Below are positions 40,774-51,449 of a stretch of 64,000 nucleotides of DNA, piece by piece. Position numbers and translations under genes: made by a program. Numbering within the stretch: position 1 is the first letter of the stretch; the number at the start of each line of letters is the position of its first letter. This stretch comes from Candidatus Latescibacterota bacterium (GTDB taxonomy: Bacteria > Latescibacterota > UBA2968), in the NCBI GenBank assembly GCA_965204745.1, contig OZ242010.1, forward strand, positions 4,640,001 to 4,704,000. The letters run 5' to 3'. Below the pieces are notes generated by a model that did no database searches, had not been told where the DNA came from, and saw only the letters and a list, made by a program, of their open reading frames with translations.

Positions 40774-43077
40774 ATGTCTCGCATCCTCTGTTCGGCGTTG
40801 CTCATCACTTGTCTCGCGAGTGCGGGATTCGCGCAGAACCGCGACCTGCGCGACATCATCCACCGCTTGAAAGCCGATCTGCCCATCGCATCCGATTCAG
40901 CGGCGACTTATGCGCGGATGGGCCTGCTCTACACGCGCCTCGAAGAAGCCGACAGCGCGGAAGCCGCATTTCAAAACGCCATTGCCCTACGGCCCGACCT
41001 CACTATCGCCCACATGGGCTTGGGCCGCGTGGATGCGGACCTGCGCGGCAAGCCCGAGCGCGCCTTGCCGCATTTTGAAAAAGCCGTGCAAAGCGACACC
41101 ACAGACGCCGATGCCCATGACCGCCTCGTGCAAACCCTGATCGCCCTCGAACGCACCGGCACTCGTGCGCGAAAAGCCGCGTCCCAAACCATTGCGCGAT
41201 TTCCGGACTTGGCCTCGCCCTATTTGTTGCTCGCCCGCGCCCATCGCAAAGAAGGCAGCGCGCACCAAGTCGCGCTCTACTACTTCAAAAAATACCTCCA
41301 ATACAACCCGGAAGATCGCGAAGCCGCGTACCAATTCGCGTTCGCGCTCTACGAAGCCAACGCGTACTCGGACCTCGAAGACCTCGCAGCGCGCATGCAA
41401 GACCCGCGTGCCCTGCCCTTGCTCGCCCAAGCCCTCATTCACCGGCGCGACCACGAAGGCGCGTTGACCGCCTTTCAACGCTACATCCAAACCCTGCCCA
41501 AAGAAGAACGCCCCTTGTATGACGACATCTCGTACATCGGCTCAAAAGCCGAAAGCCGCGCGTACCGCCTCGCGTCTGCCTCGGACGACCCCACGCAGCG
41601 CGACCGCTTTCTCGCCCGGTTCTGGCTGCAAAAAGATCCGTTCAAAACCTCGGCTGGCGCGTTGCGTCGCGCCGAACACTACCGCCGAGTGTGGCATGCG
41701 CGAACCCACTTTGGCAAGAAATGGCCGTGGGATCGCAGGGGCGAAATTTTCATCCGATACGGCGAACCCGACTACATCTCGACCTCCCGCAAACTCAACG
41801 CGGTCGTCCCCCTCGACATCCAGCGCGTGCAAGAACAACGGGCGTACGCGATTTACGGCGAGGCGGGCGTTGAAGCCAATTTCGTCGGCCCGGTCTATCC
41901 CATCCGCACGTCAGAGGCCGGTAGCGCGGCGCAGGCATTGCCCGGGAATTTGGGCTTTACCGACTACCGTCCCGTCACCACGAGCAGTGGGTGGGCATCC
42001 GTGCCGTGGGAAGTGTGGATTTACAAAAACCTCGGCAATGGCGCGGAATTTACATTCACCGACGAATTTTTGAGCGGGAACTACGATTTTGCCCCGGTGC
42101 CGTCTCTGACCGAGGGAGACCTCGCCAGTGCCGAGTCCTCTGGGCGCTCGTACATGAGCGTCATCCAACGCCTCAACGAATTTAACTCCGCCACGCTCGC
42201 GCAATCCCTCTCCGCGACCGAACCCGAATTGTACAGCATCGAAGCCCTCGAGCCCTTGGACTTTTACTTTGACGCCCTCACATTCCGCGGGCCAAATGAC
42301 AAAACCGAGTTGCAGGTCGTATTCGGCCTGCCCTTGGACAATGTGGCCCTGACCACGGATCCAGACACCACCGTAGTGGTCGAACGCCGCACCGCGCTCA
42401 TCTATCCGCGCGCCCTGGATTTTCAAAACACCAAAGACATCTTGGGCATCGACATCACGGATGCCACGCGCGACCGGGGGTTGCAAGCCCTTAGCGGCGT
42501 GCGCCACCTCGCGCCTCCCGGCGAATACGAATTAGCCGTGGAAGCATGGCGGCAAAACACCGACCTCGTGGGCGCGTACCGCCAGCCCAATCTGCGCTTG
42601 CCCGCGTACCACGACACCACCCGCCTGATGATGAGCGACATCCAAATCGCCTCCCGCATCACGGATGCCAGCCTCGCCCCCGACACCTCTTTTGTGCGCG
42701 GCGACCTCTACATCCAACCGCAACCCTCGGCCTCCTTCATCCCCGGCATGTCCATGTTCGTCTATTTTGAAATCTACAACCTCAAACCCGATGAATTTGG
42801 GCAGACGCGCTACACGATTTCCTACGAAGTGCAAAAACGCCGGGAAACGGGTTTTGCCCTGGTCTCCTTGCTCGCCAAATTGGGCAAAAAAAATGCCGAA
42901 GCCGTCGGCCTCAGCTTTGACCAAGTGGGACGCGCCCCGGACGAAAACACCTACCTCGAAATGCCCCTCGCCAACCTCGCCCCCGGCCGCTACACCCTCA
43001 AACTCACCATCGCGGACCAAACCACCGATCAACACGCGAAAAAAGACGCCGTCTTCTTCGTCGCCGGCGCGCGGTGA
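40774..43077 (+). CDS. TPR + GWxTD domain protein
   Basis: Signal peptide, TPR helices, FWLQKDP, EHYRRV, WDRRGEIFIRYGEPD, WEVWIY, YFEIYNL. Confidence 0.85.
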   Translation: MSRILCSALLITCLASAGFAQNRDLRDIIHRLKADLPIASDSAATYARMGLLYTRLEEADSAEAAFQNAIALRPDLTIAHMGLGRVDADLRGKPERALPHFEKAVQSDTTDADAHDRLVQTLIALERTGTRARKAASQTIARFPDLASPYLLLARAHRKEGSAHQVALYYFKKYLQYNPEDREAAYQFAFALYEANAYSDLEDLAARMQDPRALPLLAQALIHRRDHEGALTAFQRYIQTLPKEERPLYDDISYIGSKAESRAYRLASASDDPTQRDRFLARFWLQKDPFKTSAGALRRAEHYRRVWHARTHFGKKWPWDRRGEIFIRYGEPDYISTSRKLNAVVPLDIQRVQEQRAYAIYGEAGVEANFVGPVYPIRTSEAGSAAQALPGNLGFTDYRPVTTSSGWASVPWEVWIYKNLGNGAEFTFTDEFLSGNYDFAPVPSLTEGDLASAESSGRSYMSVIQRLNEFNSATLAQSLSATEPELYSIEALEPLDFYFDALTFRGPNDKTELQVVFGLPLDNVALTTDPDTTVVVERRTALIYPRALDFQNTKDILGIDITDATRDRGLQALSGVRHLAPPGEYELAVEAWRQNTDLVGAYRQPNLRLPAYHDTTRLMMSDIQIASRITDASLAPDTSFVRGDLYIQPQPSASFIPGMSMFVYFEIYNLKPDEFGQTRYTISYEVQKRRETGFALVSLLAKLGKKNAEAVGLSFDQVGRAPDENTYLEMPLANLAPGRYTLKLTIADQTTDQHAKKDAVFFVAGAR

Positions 43078-43198
43078 AAACCGGATCGCGGATTAAACGG
43101 ATTAAGGGATTACGCGGATGAAAGGCGAAAGGCGAAAGGCGAAAGGCGAAAGGCGAAAGTAACCACGCCACTGACAACCGACAACCGAAAACTGACTC

Positions 43199-43945
43199 AT
43201 GATTCCCAACAACCTCACAAACCGAACCGCCATCGTCACCGGTGCCGCGCAGGGCATTGGCAAAGCCATTGCGTCTCGCCTTGCCAATGCGGGTGCGCGC
43301 GTGGCTATCGCGGACCTCAATTTGGACATGGCCCGAGAAACGGCTCGGCAAATCCATGCAGACGCACTCGCCCTGCTTCTCGATGTTGCCAATGCCGAGA
43401 GCGTGCAAAACGCGGTCGATGCATGTCTCAACGCCTGGGGCCGTGTCGATATCCTCGTCAACAACGCGGGCATTGTAGGGCGCGATGTGCCGGTCAAAGA
43501 CCTCGCGGAAACGGACTGGGATCAGGTGCTCGACATCAACCTCAAGGGCACGTTCCTCTGTTCGCGTGCGGTACTCCCGCCGATGCTCGCGCAAAAAAAA
43601 GGCACCATCGTCTCGGTCGCCTCCATATCTGGCAAAGAAGGCAACCCGAGCATGGCGCCCTATTCGGTCTCCAAAGCGGGCATCATTTGCTTTACCAAAG
43701 CCCTGGCCAAAGAGCATCTCCACGACAACATCCGCGTCAACTGCGTCTCGCCCGCCCTGATCGAAACCCCCTTGCTGGCAAATGTCGAGGCCGAGCAACT
43801 CGCGTACATGACCTCCAAAATCCCCCTCGGCCGCTTGGGCCAACCCGAAGAAGTCGCCGCGGTTGTTCACTTCCTCGCCTCAGACGACGCCTCATTCGTC
43901 ACGGGTCAATGCTACGACATCAGCGGCGGTAGGGCGACGTATTGA
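43199..43945 (+). CDS. SDR family oxidoreductase (FabG-like)
   Basis: TGAAQGIG, NNAG, YSVSK. Confidence 0.95.
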   Translation: MIPNNLTNRTAIVTGAAQGIGKAIASRLANAGARVAIADLNLDMARETARQIHADALALLLDVANAESVQNAVDACLNAWGRVDILVNNAGIVGRDVPVKDLAETDWDQVLDINLKGTFLCSRAVLPPMLAQKKGTIVSVASISGKEGNPSMAPYSVSKAGIICFTKALAKEHLHDNIRVNCVSPALIETPLLANVEAEQLAYMTSKIPLGRLGQPEEVAAVVHFLASDDASFVTGQCYDISGGRATY

Positions 43946-44053
43946 AAAGCAACCCCCGCTGAACGCGGATGAAAGGCGAGCAGTGTGTAGGGGCGATGCC
44001 CATGTGCTCGCCCAAAGATACGAGAGGCAAAAGTCAGTAGGCAGTAGGCAGTA

Positions 44054-44510
44054 GGTTCTGTTGACATTTACGAGCAAAGCAACTGGCTTGAGCGGTTTAT
44101 CGAGAAAATCAAGCTCTATCGCAGGATATGCTCTCGGTTTGAGAAACTGGAATAGTCGCTCCTTATCGGGACCTACCCCCCTAACCCCCGTTACTCGCTT
44201 CGCTTCGTTGTAGGCTACGCCTGTGCCTGCGAGGAAGGGGGAACAGTGAGCGGTTTTGCGAGGGGATTGATGAGAAATTTTTAATCGCTTTATGCCCTCG
44301 CAAAACGCCATCAGAGCAATCAGAGCGAGAAGCCATCAAAGGAGCTTTACTCCCCTTTCCTCGTAGGAAAGGGGCCGGGGGATAGGTCCCCTCGCGCAAC
44401 GCCATCAGAGCAATCAGAGCGAGAAGCCATCAAAGGCACTTTACTCCCCTTTCCTCGTAGGAAAGGGGCCGGGGGATAGGTCCCATAGCGATAAGCCATC
44501 AAAGGACCAA
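44054..44510. mobile_element. MITE family A, inverted, one TIR missing
   Basis: Follows CAGTAGG heptamers: [TA]GGTTCTGTTGACATTT; three REP-A hairpins. Confidence 0.82.
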
Positions 44511-44516
44511 GTGCCT

Positions 44517-44681
44517 TCATCCCAACGGCCGTGCGCTGAATACGTCTCGCAAATACAGGATCACCCATCCGAGAGCCGTCACGGCGAGCGCCACGCCCAC
44601 GGCGATCAGACACAGCAGCCAGCCCGGAGGCCGAGCGTCTGAATTGTGATAGGGGTTTCTTCGGGGGTCGTCCCAGCGCAT
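44517..44681 (-). CDS. Small membrane protein (54 aa), absent from ORF track
   Basis: MRWDDPRRNPYHNSDARPPGWLLCLIAVGVALAVTALGWVILYLRDVFSARPLG; one TM-like helix. Confidence 0.5.
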   Translation of the reverse strand: MRWDDPRRNPYHNSDARPPGWLLCLIAVGVALAVTALGWVILYLRDVFSARPLG

Positions 44682-44772
44682 GGCAGTGTTCCAAAGTTGA
44701 GAAATTGTTCACAGCGGCAATATACCTCAAAGCCTCGGGTTTTGAGGTTTTTTATTTTTTTCGATTTAGGGC

Positions 44773-44816
44773 TTGACATCGGCATTGGTTTAGTGTATTA
44801 TTTACATAGAACACTA
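44773..44816 (+). promoter_or_regulatory. Sigma70 promoter with overlapping YtrA-type operator
   Basis: TTGACA-17 nt-TATTAT; inverted repeat TAGTGTATTA-N6-TAGAACACTA (44791-44816). Confidence 0.82.
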
Positions 44817-44845
44817 AAACACTACGACAAAAGGGATGATCCACA

Positions 44846-45217
44846 ATGGCTACTTTTGAGTTTGACCCGAACCAGCCGATTTATTTGCAGATTATCGCCG
44901 AGATCAAAAAGCGTTCCGTGCGTGGGGTCTATGCGCCGGGCGCGAAGTTGCCCTCGGTGCGGGATATGGCGCGAGAGATGGGCGTGAATCCCAATACGAT
45001 GGCGCGTGCGTATGCCGAACTCGACCGAGAGGGCTTTGTGTTCACCCGGCGCGGGCAAGGCTCCTTTGTCACGGAAAAGCAAAAGACCATCGAGGCCGAG
45101 CGGCAAAAGTTGGCGCGAAAAGCGGTGGCGCGATTCGTCGCGGAAGCGGGCGAACTCGCGCTTTCCAAATCACAACTCGCAACCCTGTTGCAAAAAATTG
45201 AGGAGGGCTTGTCATGA
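44846..45217 (+). CDS. GntR family regulator, YtrA subfamily
   Basis: PIYLQI, KLPSVRDMA, VNPNTMARAY, RGQGSFV. Confidence 0.95.
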   Translation: MATFEFDPNQPIYLQIIAEIKKRSVRGVYAPGAKLPSVRDMAREMGVNPNTMARAYAELDREGFVFTRRGQGSFVTEKQKTIEAERQKLARKAVARFVAEAGELALSKSQLATLLQKIEEGLS

Positions 45218-45906
45218 TGATCGACGTTCGCAGTCTGTGGAAGCGATACCCGGGCACGTGGGCCTTGCGGGGGATTTCCTTTCGGGTTGCGCGTGGGCGC
45301 GTGCAAGGCGTGTTGGGCGAAAATGGCAGCGGCAAGAGCACCTTGTTCCGCATTCTGGCCGGCACGACCCGACCGTCCCGGGGCATCGCCGAGGTGATGG
45401 GGCAAAAGGTCGGCGCGAAGACCCGGCAACATGTGGCGTATTTGCCCGAGATCAATCCGTTTTACGATTGGATGAAGGTGATGGAGCAAATCGAGTTTCT
45501 GGCGACCTTTTATCCTCTGTGGGATTTGGACAAGTCGCGGGCCTTGCTCGATTTTATGGGCTTGGATGCCGACAAGAAAGTGGGCGCGCTTTCCCGAGGG
45601 CAAAAGGGACGGCTCAAGGTGGTGTGCGGGTTTTCATGGCCGAGCGATCTGGTCTTGATGGACGAGCCGCTCTCCGGCATCGATCCGCCATCGCGCAAGC
45701 GCATCGTCCAAGCGTTGTTCAACGAGTTTCGCTTTGGCGAGCAAACCATTCTGATTTCGACCCATCTGGTTCACGAAGTGGGCGAGTTTATCGAGGACGT
45801 GATGTTCCTCAAAGAAGGCGAGATCGCGCTTTCCGGCAATGCAGATGCCCTGCGCGAGGAACGCGGCGAATCGCTTTCAGAGATGTTTGAACAAGTGGCG
45901 ATGTGA
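45214..45906 (+). CDS. ABC transporter ATP-binding protein
   Basis: GENGSGKST, LSRGQ, LMDEP, ISTH. Confidence 0.95.
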   Translation: MMIDVRSLWKRYPGTWALRGISFRVARGRVQGVLGENGSGKSTLFRILAGTTRPSRGIAEVMGQKVGAKTRQHVAYLPEINPFYDWMKVMEQIEFLATFYPLWDLDKSRALLDFMGLDADKKVGALSRGQKGRLKVVCGFSWPSDLVLMDEPLSGIDPPSRKRIVQALFNEFRFGEQTILISTHLVHEVGEFIEDVMFLKEGEIALSGNADALREERGESLSEMFEQVAM

Positions 45907-46007
45907 CCATTGCCCAAATCGCGTGGCGTGAAGGGGGGCAAAGTAGCGAGGCTTCCCCATGCCCGGCCGAATCGACGCATCGACAATCCTCAACAAGGGA
46001 GCGCGAC

Positions 46008-46784
46008 ATGAAACAGTTTTTTGCACTGTACGTGAAAGAACTCAAGGCGAACAAGGCCATCTTCCTGTTCCTGATCATTCTGATTGCGGGCAGCAGTGCC
46101 TACGTTCATCTCGGGCCAGGTGGAGATAATCCAGAGGGGATGATCGAATTTGCTTTTTTGCATAATCTCCGCCAAGCTATGGTTGGAATCCTTCTCCCTG
46201 CTTTTACCCTCATTCTCAGTCTGCCCTTTTTGCTCGCCCATGCCTTCAATGCCGAGTGGAAAGGAGAAACGCATTACCAGATGTTTGCCCTGCCCGTGTC
46301 GCAATACAGCGTGATTCTGGCGAAGATCGCTGCGGTGGCGAGTCTGGGCTTGGTCAGCGGTGGGATTGCAACTGTCAATGTGTATTTCTGGGTCGTGAAG
46401 ACGATGGACTCGCAACACGTCGCTGTCTTCAGAATTGATGACATAAAAATTACGTCCTTTTTTGATGTGGCTCTGATCATCGGTCTGTCATTTGTGACGT
46501 ATGTGGTTTTCATTTTGGGCCTCGTGACCGCGATAGAGGGGGTGAAGTATGCGGTTAAGCGGTACCGGGGATTGACCGCGGTGGTGTTCTTTCTAATCTC
46601 CATGTATTTGTACATTCGAGTAGCCGATTTCGGAAAGATGGTCTTTGAATTTTCAGAGCACCTGCCACTGCCTCATCTCGTGGACACCATAATTGATGAA
46701 CCCTCTTTGGTCTATACCACCCTGGCGGGCATCATCTTTTTGATCATCGGGCTTGTGGCATACGAAAAACGCGCTGAAATTTGA
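46008..46784 (+). CDS. ABC-2 type membrane permease
   Basis: About six TM helices, LYVKELK, ALPVSQYSVILAK; operon context. Confidence 0.82.
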   Translation: MKQFFALYVKELKANKAIFLFLIILIAGSSAYVHLGPGGDNPEGMIEFAFLHNLRQAMVGILLPAFTLILSLPFLLAHAFNAEWKGETHYQMFALPVSQYSVILAKIAAVASLGLVSGGIATVNVYFWVVKTMDSQHVAVFRIDDIKITSFFDVALIIGLSFVTYVVFILGLVTAIEGVKYAVKRYRGLTAVVFFLISMYLYIRVADFGKMVFEFSEHLPLPHLVDTIIDEPSLVYTTLAGIIFLIIGLVAYEKRAEI

Positions 46785-46864
46785 ATTTGACTCCGTCCCG
46801 AGCGGATAGCCACAAAAGGCACAAAAGGCACAAAAGGGGTACAACTGGCGACAGCCCGTTCAAA

Positions 46865-47008
46865 GGCACAAAAGGGGTACAAGGCACAAAAGGGGTACAA
46901 GGCACAAAAGGGGTACAAGGCACAAAAGGGGTACAAGGCACAAAAGGGGTACAAGGCACAAAAGGGGTACAAGGCACAAAAGGGGTACAAGGCACAAAAG
47001 GGGTACAA
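46865..47008 (+). repeat. 18-bp VNTR (GGCACAAAAGGGGTACAA) x8
   Basis: Eight perfect copies between two family C hairpins. Confidence 0.95.
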
Positions 47009-47232
47009 CTGGCGACAGCCCGTTCAAAGGCACGAGCGGCAGGTGTAGGGGCGATGCCCCGTCTCGTCCAAAGACCTCAACGATATTATCGGATCGCACC
47101 TTAGAACTTGTCTTAAAACGAACGATGGATGCCCCTCCGCCGGCTCCTCCCCGCAACGGAGAGATGTTATTCCCCCCTTCCTCACAGGAAGGGGGGCTAG
47201 GGGGGTAGGTCCCAATAATAGGAGCATGGATT

Positions 47233-49623
47233 ATGACAACGCGATTCGGATGGCTCTTTGTCGTTCTTCTTTTTTCTGCGCCAGCACAGGCAGATGTGAT
47301 TCGGGGCACGGTGACCGACGCGGCGACCGGTGATCCGTTGCCCGCTACGACAGTGCGGGTTCTCGGCACGTATCACGGCGCGATCTCAAATGCCGAAGGC
47401 CAGTACGAGGTCGAATTGCCCGCCCTGCCCGCGGTGGTGGAAGTGCGTTATATCGGCTACCGGTCACAGCGGATCGAGATAACCGAAGACGCGACCGATG
47501 TACACAATTTCGCCCTGGAACTCGTGCCCCTTGAAATGGAAGAGATCGTAATTACCGCAGAAGATGGGCCGCGTATTATGCGTAAAGTCCTCGCGCAAAA
47601 GCAAACGTGGTGGAACGCGCTCGAGACATTTCGCGTTTCGGCTTATTCGCGGTTTGTGTTTCGCAGAGAATCCGAGATCGTGGCGATGACCGAGAGTTTG
47701 TCCGAGGGGTATTGGGACCATCAAAACGGGTGGCGGGAGGTCGTCATAGACAAGCGCGTGACCGAGAACTTGGATTTTGAATTTGGAGAACTCGTCTTGC
47801 CCGCGGCGCAAGGGGTGAATTTGTACGCGGATGAAACCGAACTCGGCGGGCACCATCTCGTCGGCGTCACGCATCCCGATGCGTTGGATCACTACGATTT
47901 TGTGCTCGCGGGACAGCGCAAAATGGACGACCGCATCATTTACGATATCGACGTGCGACCCAAACACCGCCTCAAGACCGCTTTTCAGGGGCGCGTAGCC
48001 GTGCTCGACAGCGCGTATGCCCTCGTGGAGGTGGAACTGACCCCCAATCAGGCGTTTTTGTTTCCGCCGCCCATTCGCGGATGGACGAGCACCATGCGCC
48101 AGCAGTTTAGCAATTTTGGCGGGGATTTCTATTTGCCCGTGGGTTGGCAGTCGGATGATAAAGTTGGGATCGGGATCATCGGCTTGCAATTTCCGCCGAT
48201 AGAAGTCCAGCGCGTTTCTCGCCTAACCGGGTATGAGGTAAATGTCGCCTTGCCCGATTCGCTTTACGAACAACGCGAGTCTCTATTGATGGATTCCGTG
48301 CGGGTGGCACAGGACAGTTTATTGATGCGAACCGCGCTTGCCGTGCCCTTGGATGCGAGCGAGCAAGCGGCTTATGCACGCATTGATAGCGCGATGACGC
48401 TCTACGAAGCGTACAAGCCCAAGGGATTCTTGGCGCGCTTTATCGAGGATGATGCAAAAAAAGAGAAAGAGAAAAATGAGAGAAAGGGAAAGAAGGGGCC
48501 GCGCAAATGGCCGGTTCGGCTCGATTCCGACCTGCGGTTCAACCGCGTGGAAGGCGGGCACCTGAGCTTAAAATTGTCCGCGGGATCGGGCCGAGCGGCT
48601 ATTGTCGCAGGAGGCGCGTACAATACCGGGTTGAGACGATGGGCGGTTGACAGCGAAGCGACGGTGCGTTGGGGGCCGAGCGAGCGGGGATGGATCTCGC
48701 TTGCGGGATTTCGCGGCACAAAGACGCGCTATCGGTCGAGGCTGTATGGACAGATGCAAACGAGCGCGCAACAGATTTTCGGGTTTGAAGATTATTTTGA
48801 TTATTTCTGGCGCGAAGGCATCAGTGGAAGTCTGGGCTATCGGTTTGGGCGACCGCATGGGCCGGGCGTGCAGGTGAGTGGCGGGATGAATATCGCGCAA
48901 CACGAATCGGTGAACAAGACCACGGATTGGCATTTGCTCGGGGACAGAGACGAGCAACGGCCGAATCCGCACATTGACCCGGGGAATTTGCGGTCGGTAT
49001 TCTTTCGCGTAGCCTTCAAGGGCGAAGGCGCGGGGCCTCCGCTCCTTTTTGGACAGCGCGAAGTCGCGTTGGAGGTCGAGCACAGCGGCCCGGGGTTTGG
49101 TAGCGCGTTCGCCTTTACCCAATTTCGGCTCGCATTGGATTGGCGAATCGAGACCCTATTCAAGCGGCGTTTGTTGCCCAACGTGCTCGACGTGCGCGTC
49201 GTTGGCAGTGCGTTTGCGGGAACGCTGCCCCGGCAACGCTTTGAGATTTTGGATTCCGGGATTCTGCTCGGCGGGTTCTCGACCTTTGGCGGATTTCGCA
49301 CGCGCACGGGCCGCCCGTACGAAGGCGAGTATGTGCTCGGCGCGTTTTGGGAGCACCATTTTCAAACCGTGCCCTTTGAGTTGATCGGCTGGCAATGGGC
49401 TGCTGAACGCAATATCGGGTTGATACTCCACGGCGGGCACGGGCGCACTTGGCTTGGGGATCGCACCTTGGCGAACTTGGATTACGAACCGCAGTATCTC
49501 GACGGATTTCACCACGAATTGGGCGTGTCGATCAACGGGTTGTTTTATCTCTTGCGCGTGGATTTCACCGTGCAATTGGATGCGCCGGGCTTTTATGTCA
49601 GCGCGGGCATAGCGCGGTTTTGA
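47233..49623 (+). CDS. Carboxypeptidase-regulatory-like domain + DUF5686-type outer membrane protein
   Basis: IRGTVTDAATGDPLP..RYIGY; HPDALDHYDF; LRFNRVEG; C-terminal Phe. Confidence 0.78.
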   Translation: MTTRFGWLFVVLLFSAPAQADVIRGTVTDAATGDPLPATTVRVLGTYHGAISNAEGQYEVELPALPAVVEVRYIGYRSQRIEITEDATDVHNFALELVPLEMEEIVITAEDGPRIMRKVLAQKQTWWNALETFRVSAYSRFVFRRESEIVAMTESLSEGYWDHQNGWREVVIDKRVTENLDFEFGELVLPAAQGVNLYADETELGGHHLVGVTHPDALDHYDFVLAGQRKMDDRIIYDIDVRPKHRLKTAFQGRVAVLDSAYALVEVELTPNQAFLFPPPIRGWTSTMRQQFSNFGGDFYLPVGWQSDDKVGIGIIGLQFPPIEVQRVSRLTGYEVNVALPDSLYEQRESLLMDSVRVAQDSLLMRTALAVPLDASEQAAYARIDSAMTLYEAYKPKGFLARFIEDDAKKEKEKNERKGKKGPRKWPVRLDSDLRFNRVEGGHLSLKLSAGSGRAAIVAGGAYNTGLRRWAVDSEATVRWGPSERGWISLAGFRGTKTRYRSRLYGQMQTSAQQIFGFEDYFDYFWREGISGSLGYRFGRPHGPGVQVSGGMNIAQHESVNKTTDWHLLGDRDEQRPNPHIDPGNLRSVFFRVAFKGEGAGPPLLFGQREVALEVEHSGPGFGSAFAFTQFRLALDWRIETLFKRRLLPNVLDVRVVGSAFAGTLPRQRFEILDSGILLGGFSTFGGFRTRTGRPYEGEYVLGAFWEHHFQTVPFELIGWQWAAERNIGLILHGGHGRTWLGDRTLANLDYEPQYLDGFHHELGVSINGLFYLLRVDFTVQLDAPGFYVSAGIARF

Positions 49624-50116
49624 AAACGAATGCACGAATCTCCCGCCTTACGTCTCGCCTCTCCCGTCTCCCGTCTTGCCTCTTGCCTCTCGCCTCTCCC
49701 GTCTCACCTCTCCCGTCTCACCTGTGGATGGGTTGTTGGGCGGGGATTGACATACGTGTTCATTTTCGGACACCACTGTCTCATAATCGGACACTTTTTT
49801 GTGGCAACAAAGAGAGGCAATTTTTTTAGCTCTCAAAAAACAAATAATTCTAAAATTTTATCTCTTTGTTTTTCAAAAGGTTAATCACATTCAAATGCCT
49901 TTTTCAATTTTTGAGTAATTTTTGGCACACATCTTGCAATTAAAAAAGGGCGAGTGCAAAATTCGTTGCCTGTCTGTTGTGCCCGAGATACTTGAGGAGC
50001 ATAAACGACACACCTCGCAACGCGAGCGCGTATCATGCTCGAGAAAGGAGGCAGTATGTTTGACTCTGGTCGAAACGATGCTGTTCGTTCACCTTTCAAT
50101 CGAGGAGGGTAGTATC

Positions 50117-51295
50117 ATGACTCATATTACGATGACCGCGAATAAAGGTCAAACCCAGGTGCGGGATGCTGTGTCTAGCGCGACCCGCTTGCTTTTCATT
50201 GTGTCGCTGTGTCTGATCATCGCGCCTTCGGCGTGGAGTGGCTATCAAGAGGGCAAGGATGCGTACAATCACAAGGACTACGCGACGGCACGCAAAGAAC
50301 TGCAACCCGTCGCCGAGCAAGGCGATGCCGAGGCGCAGTATCTCATCGGCTATATGTATTACAAAGGCCAAGACGTGAAGAAAGACTGTACAGAGGCCAC
50401 AAAATGGCTTCGCATGGCCGCAGAGCAGGGCCATCTCAAAGCACAAGTGCGCCTTGGCATGATGTATCGCCTCGGCTATTCGGGCGTGTCGAAAAACTAC
50501 GCAGAGGCCGCAAAGTGGCTTCGCAGGGCCGCAGACCAAGGCGATGCCAAAGCCCAGTATAGCCTCGCCTTGATGTATTCCAGGGGCCAAGGCGTAGATA
50601 GAGACGAAGAGGCGTTTGTGGATTGGCTTCACAAGGCTGCCGAGCAAGGCTATGCCCAAGCCCAAACTCGACTTTTCAAGATGTATTTCTATGGGCAGGG
50701 CGTTCCACAAGACCCTGAGGAGGCCGCAAAATGGCTTCGCAAAGCCGCAGACCAAGGCGATGCCGAATTACAGTACACCCTTGGCCAGATGTATTCCAAA
50801 GGAGTGGGCGTTCCGAAAGACTATGCGGAGGCCATGAGGTGGGGTCGCAAGGCCGCAGACCAAGGCCATGCCAAAGCTCAATTTGGCCTTGCTGAGATGT
50901 ATTACAAAGGGTGGGGCGTTTCGAAAGACTATGCGGAGGCCATGAAGTGGGGTCGCAAAGCCGCAGAGTCAGGTCATCCGATGGCTCAAGTTGCTCTGGC
51001 TTCAATGTATTACAGAGGGCAGGGCGTTGAAAAAGACGATGTGGAGGCCGTGAAGTGGGTTCGCAAAGCCGCAGAGCAAGGAGAAGCCATGGCCCAATTC
51101 GCCCTTGGTGAGCTCTATGCCGAAGGTAATCTGGGCGTGTCAAAAGACATTGTGGAGGCCCACAAGTGGTGGCACTTGGCCGTGGCACAGGACTACAAAA
51201 AGGCCCGCAAAAATCTCGATAAAATTGCCAGACAGATGACCCCTACTCAACTCGCCCAAGCCGAGCAACGGGCACGCGAATGGAGGAAAAAGTGA
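50117..51295 (+). CDS. Sel1-like repeat protein 1
   Basis: GAGGAGG RBS; repeated AAEQG.A.AQ..LG.MY..G.GV..D..EA.KW. Confidence 0.95.
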   Translation: MTHITMTANKGQTQVRDAVSSATRLLFIVSLCLIIAPSAWSGYQEGKDAYNHKDYATARKELQPVAEQGDAEAQYLIGYMYYKGQDVKKDCTEATKWLRMAAEQGHLKAQVRLGMMYRLGYSGVSKNYAEAAKWLRRAADQGDAKAQYSLALMYSRGQGVDRDEEAFVDWLHKAAEQGYAQAQTRLFKMYFYGQGVPQDPEEAAKWLRKAADQGDAELQYTLGQMYSKGVGVPKDYAEAMRWGRKAADQGHAKAQFGLAEMYYKGWGVSKDYAEAMKWGRKAAESGHPMAQVALASMYYRGQGVEKDDVEAVKWVRKAAEQGEAMAQFALGELYAEGNLGVSKDIVEAHKWWHLAVAQDYKKARKNLDKIARQMTPTQLAQAEQRAREWRKK

Positions 51296-51449
51296 GCGAT
51301 GAGTATCCGCAGTGGTCAAGGCCGCTCATCCTGTTTGTCGAGATATGTGGCCTTGACCCGTCCCGTATTATTCCTTTGTGCAACCAAATTGTGCAACAAC
51401 CTGTCGGGCTTCTTCCACTTTCCCAACCCACAAAATGAAGGAGATTATC

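Noticed and set aside
46865-47008. CRISPR array or coding repeat (GTKGVQ / LYPFCA ORFs)
   Set aside because: Perfect spacer-less tandem repeat; the ORFs arise only because the unit lacks stop codons.
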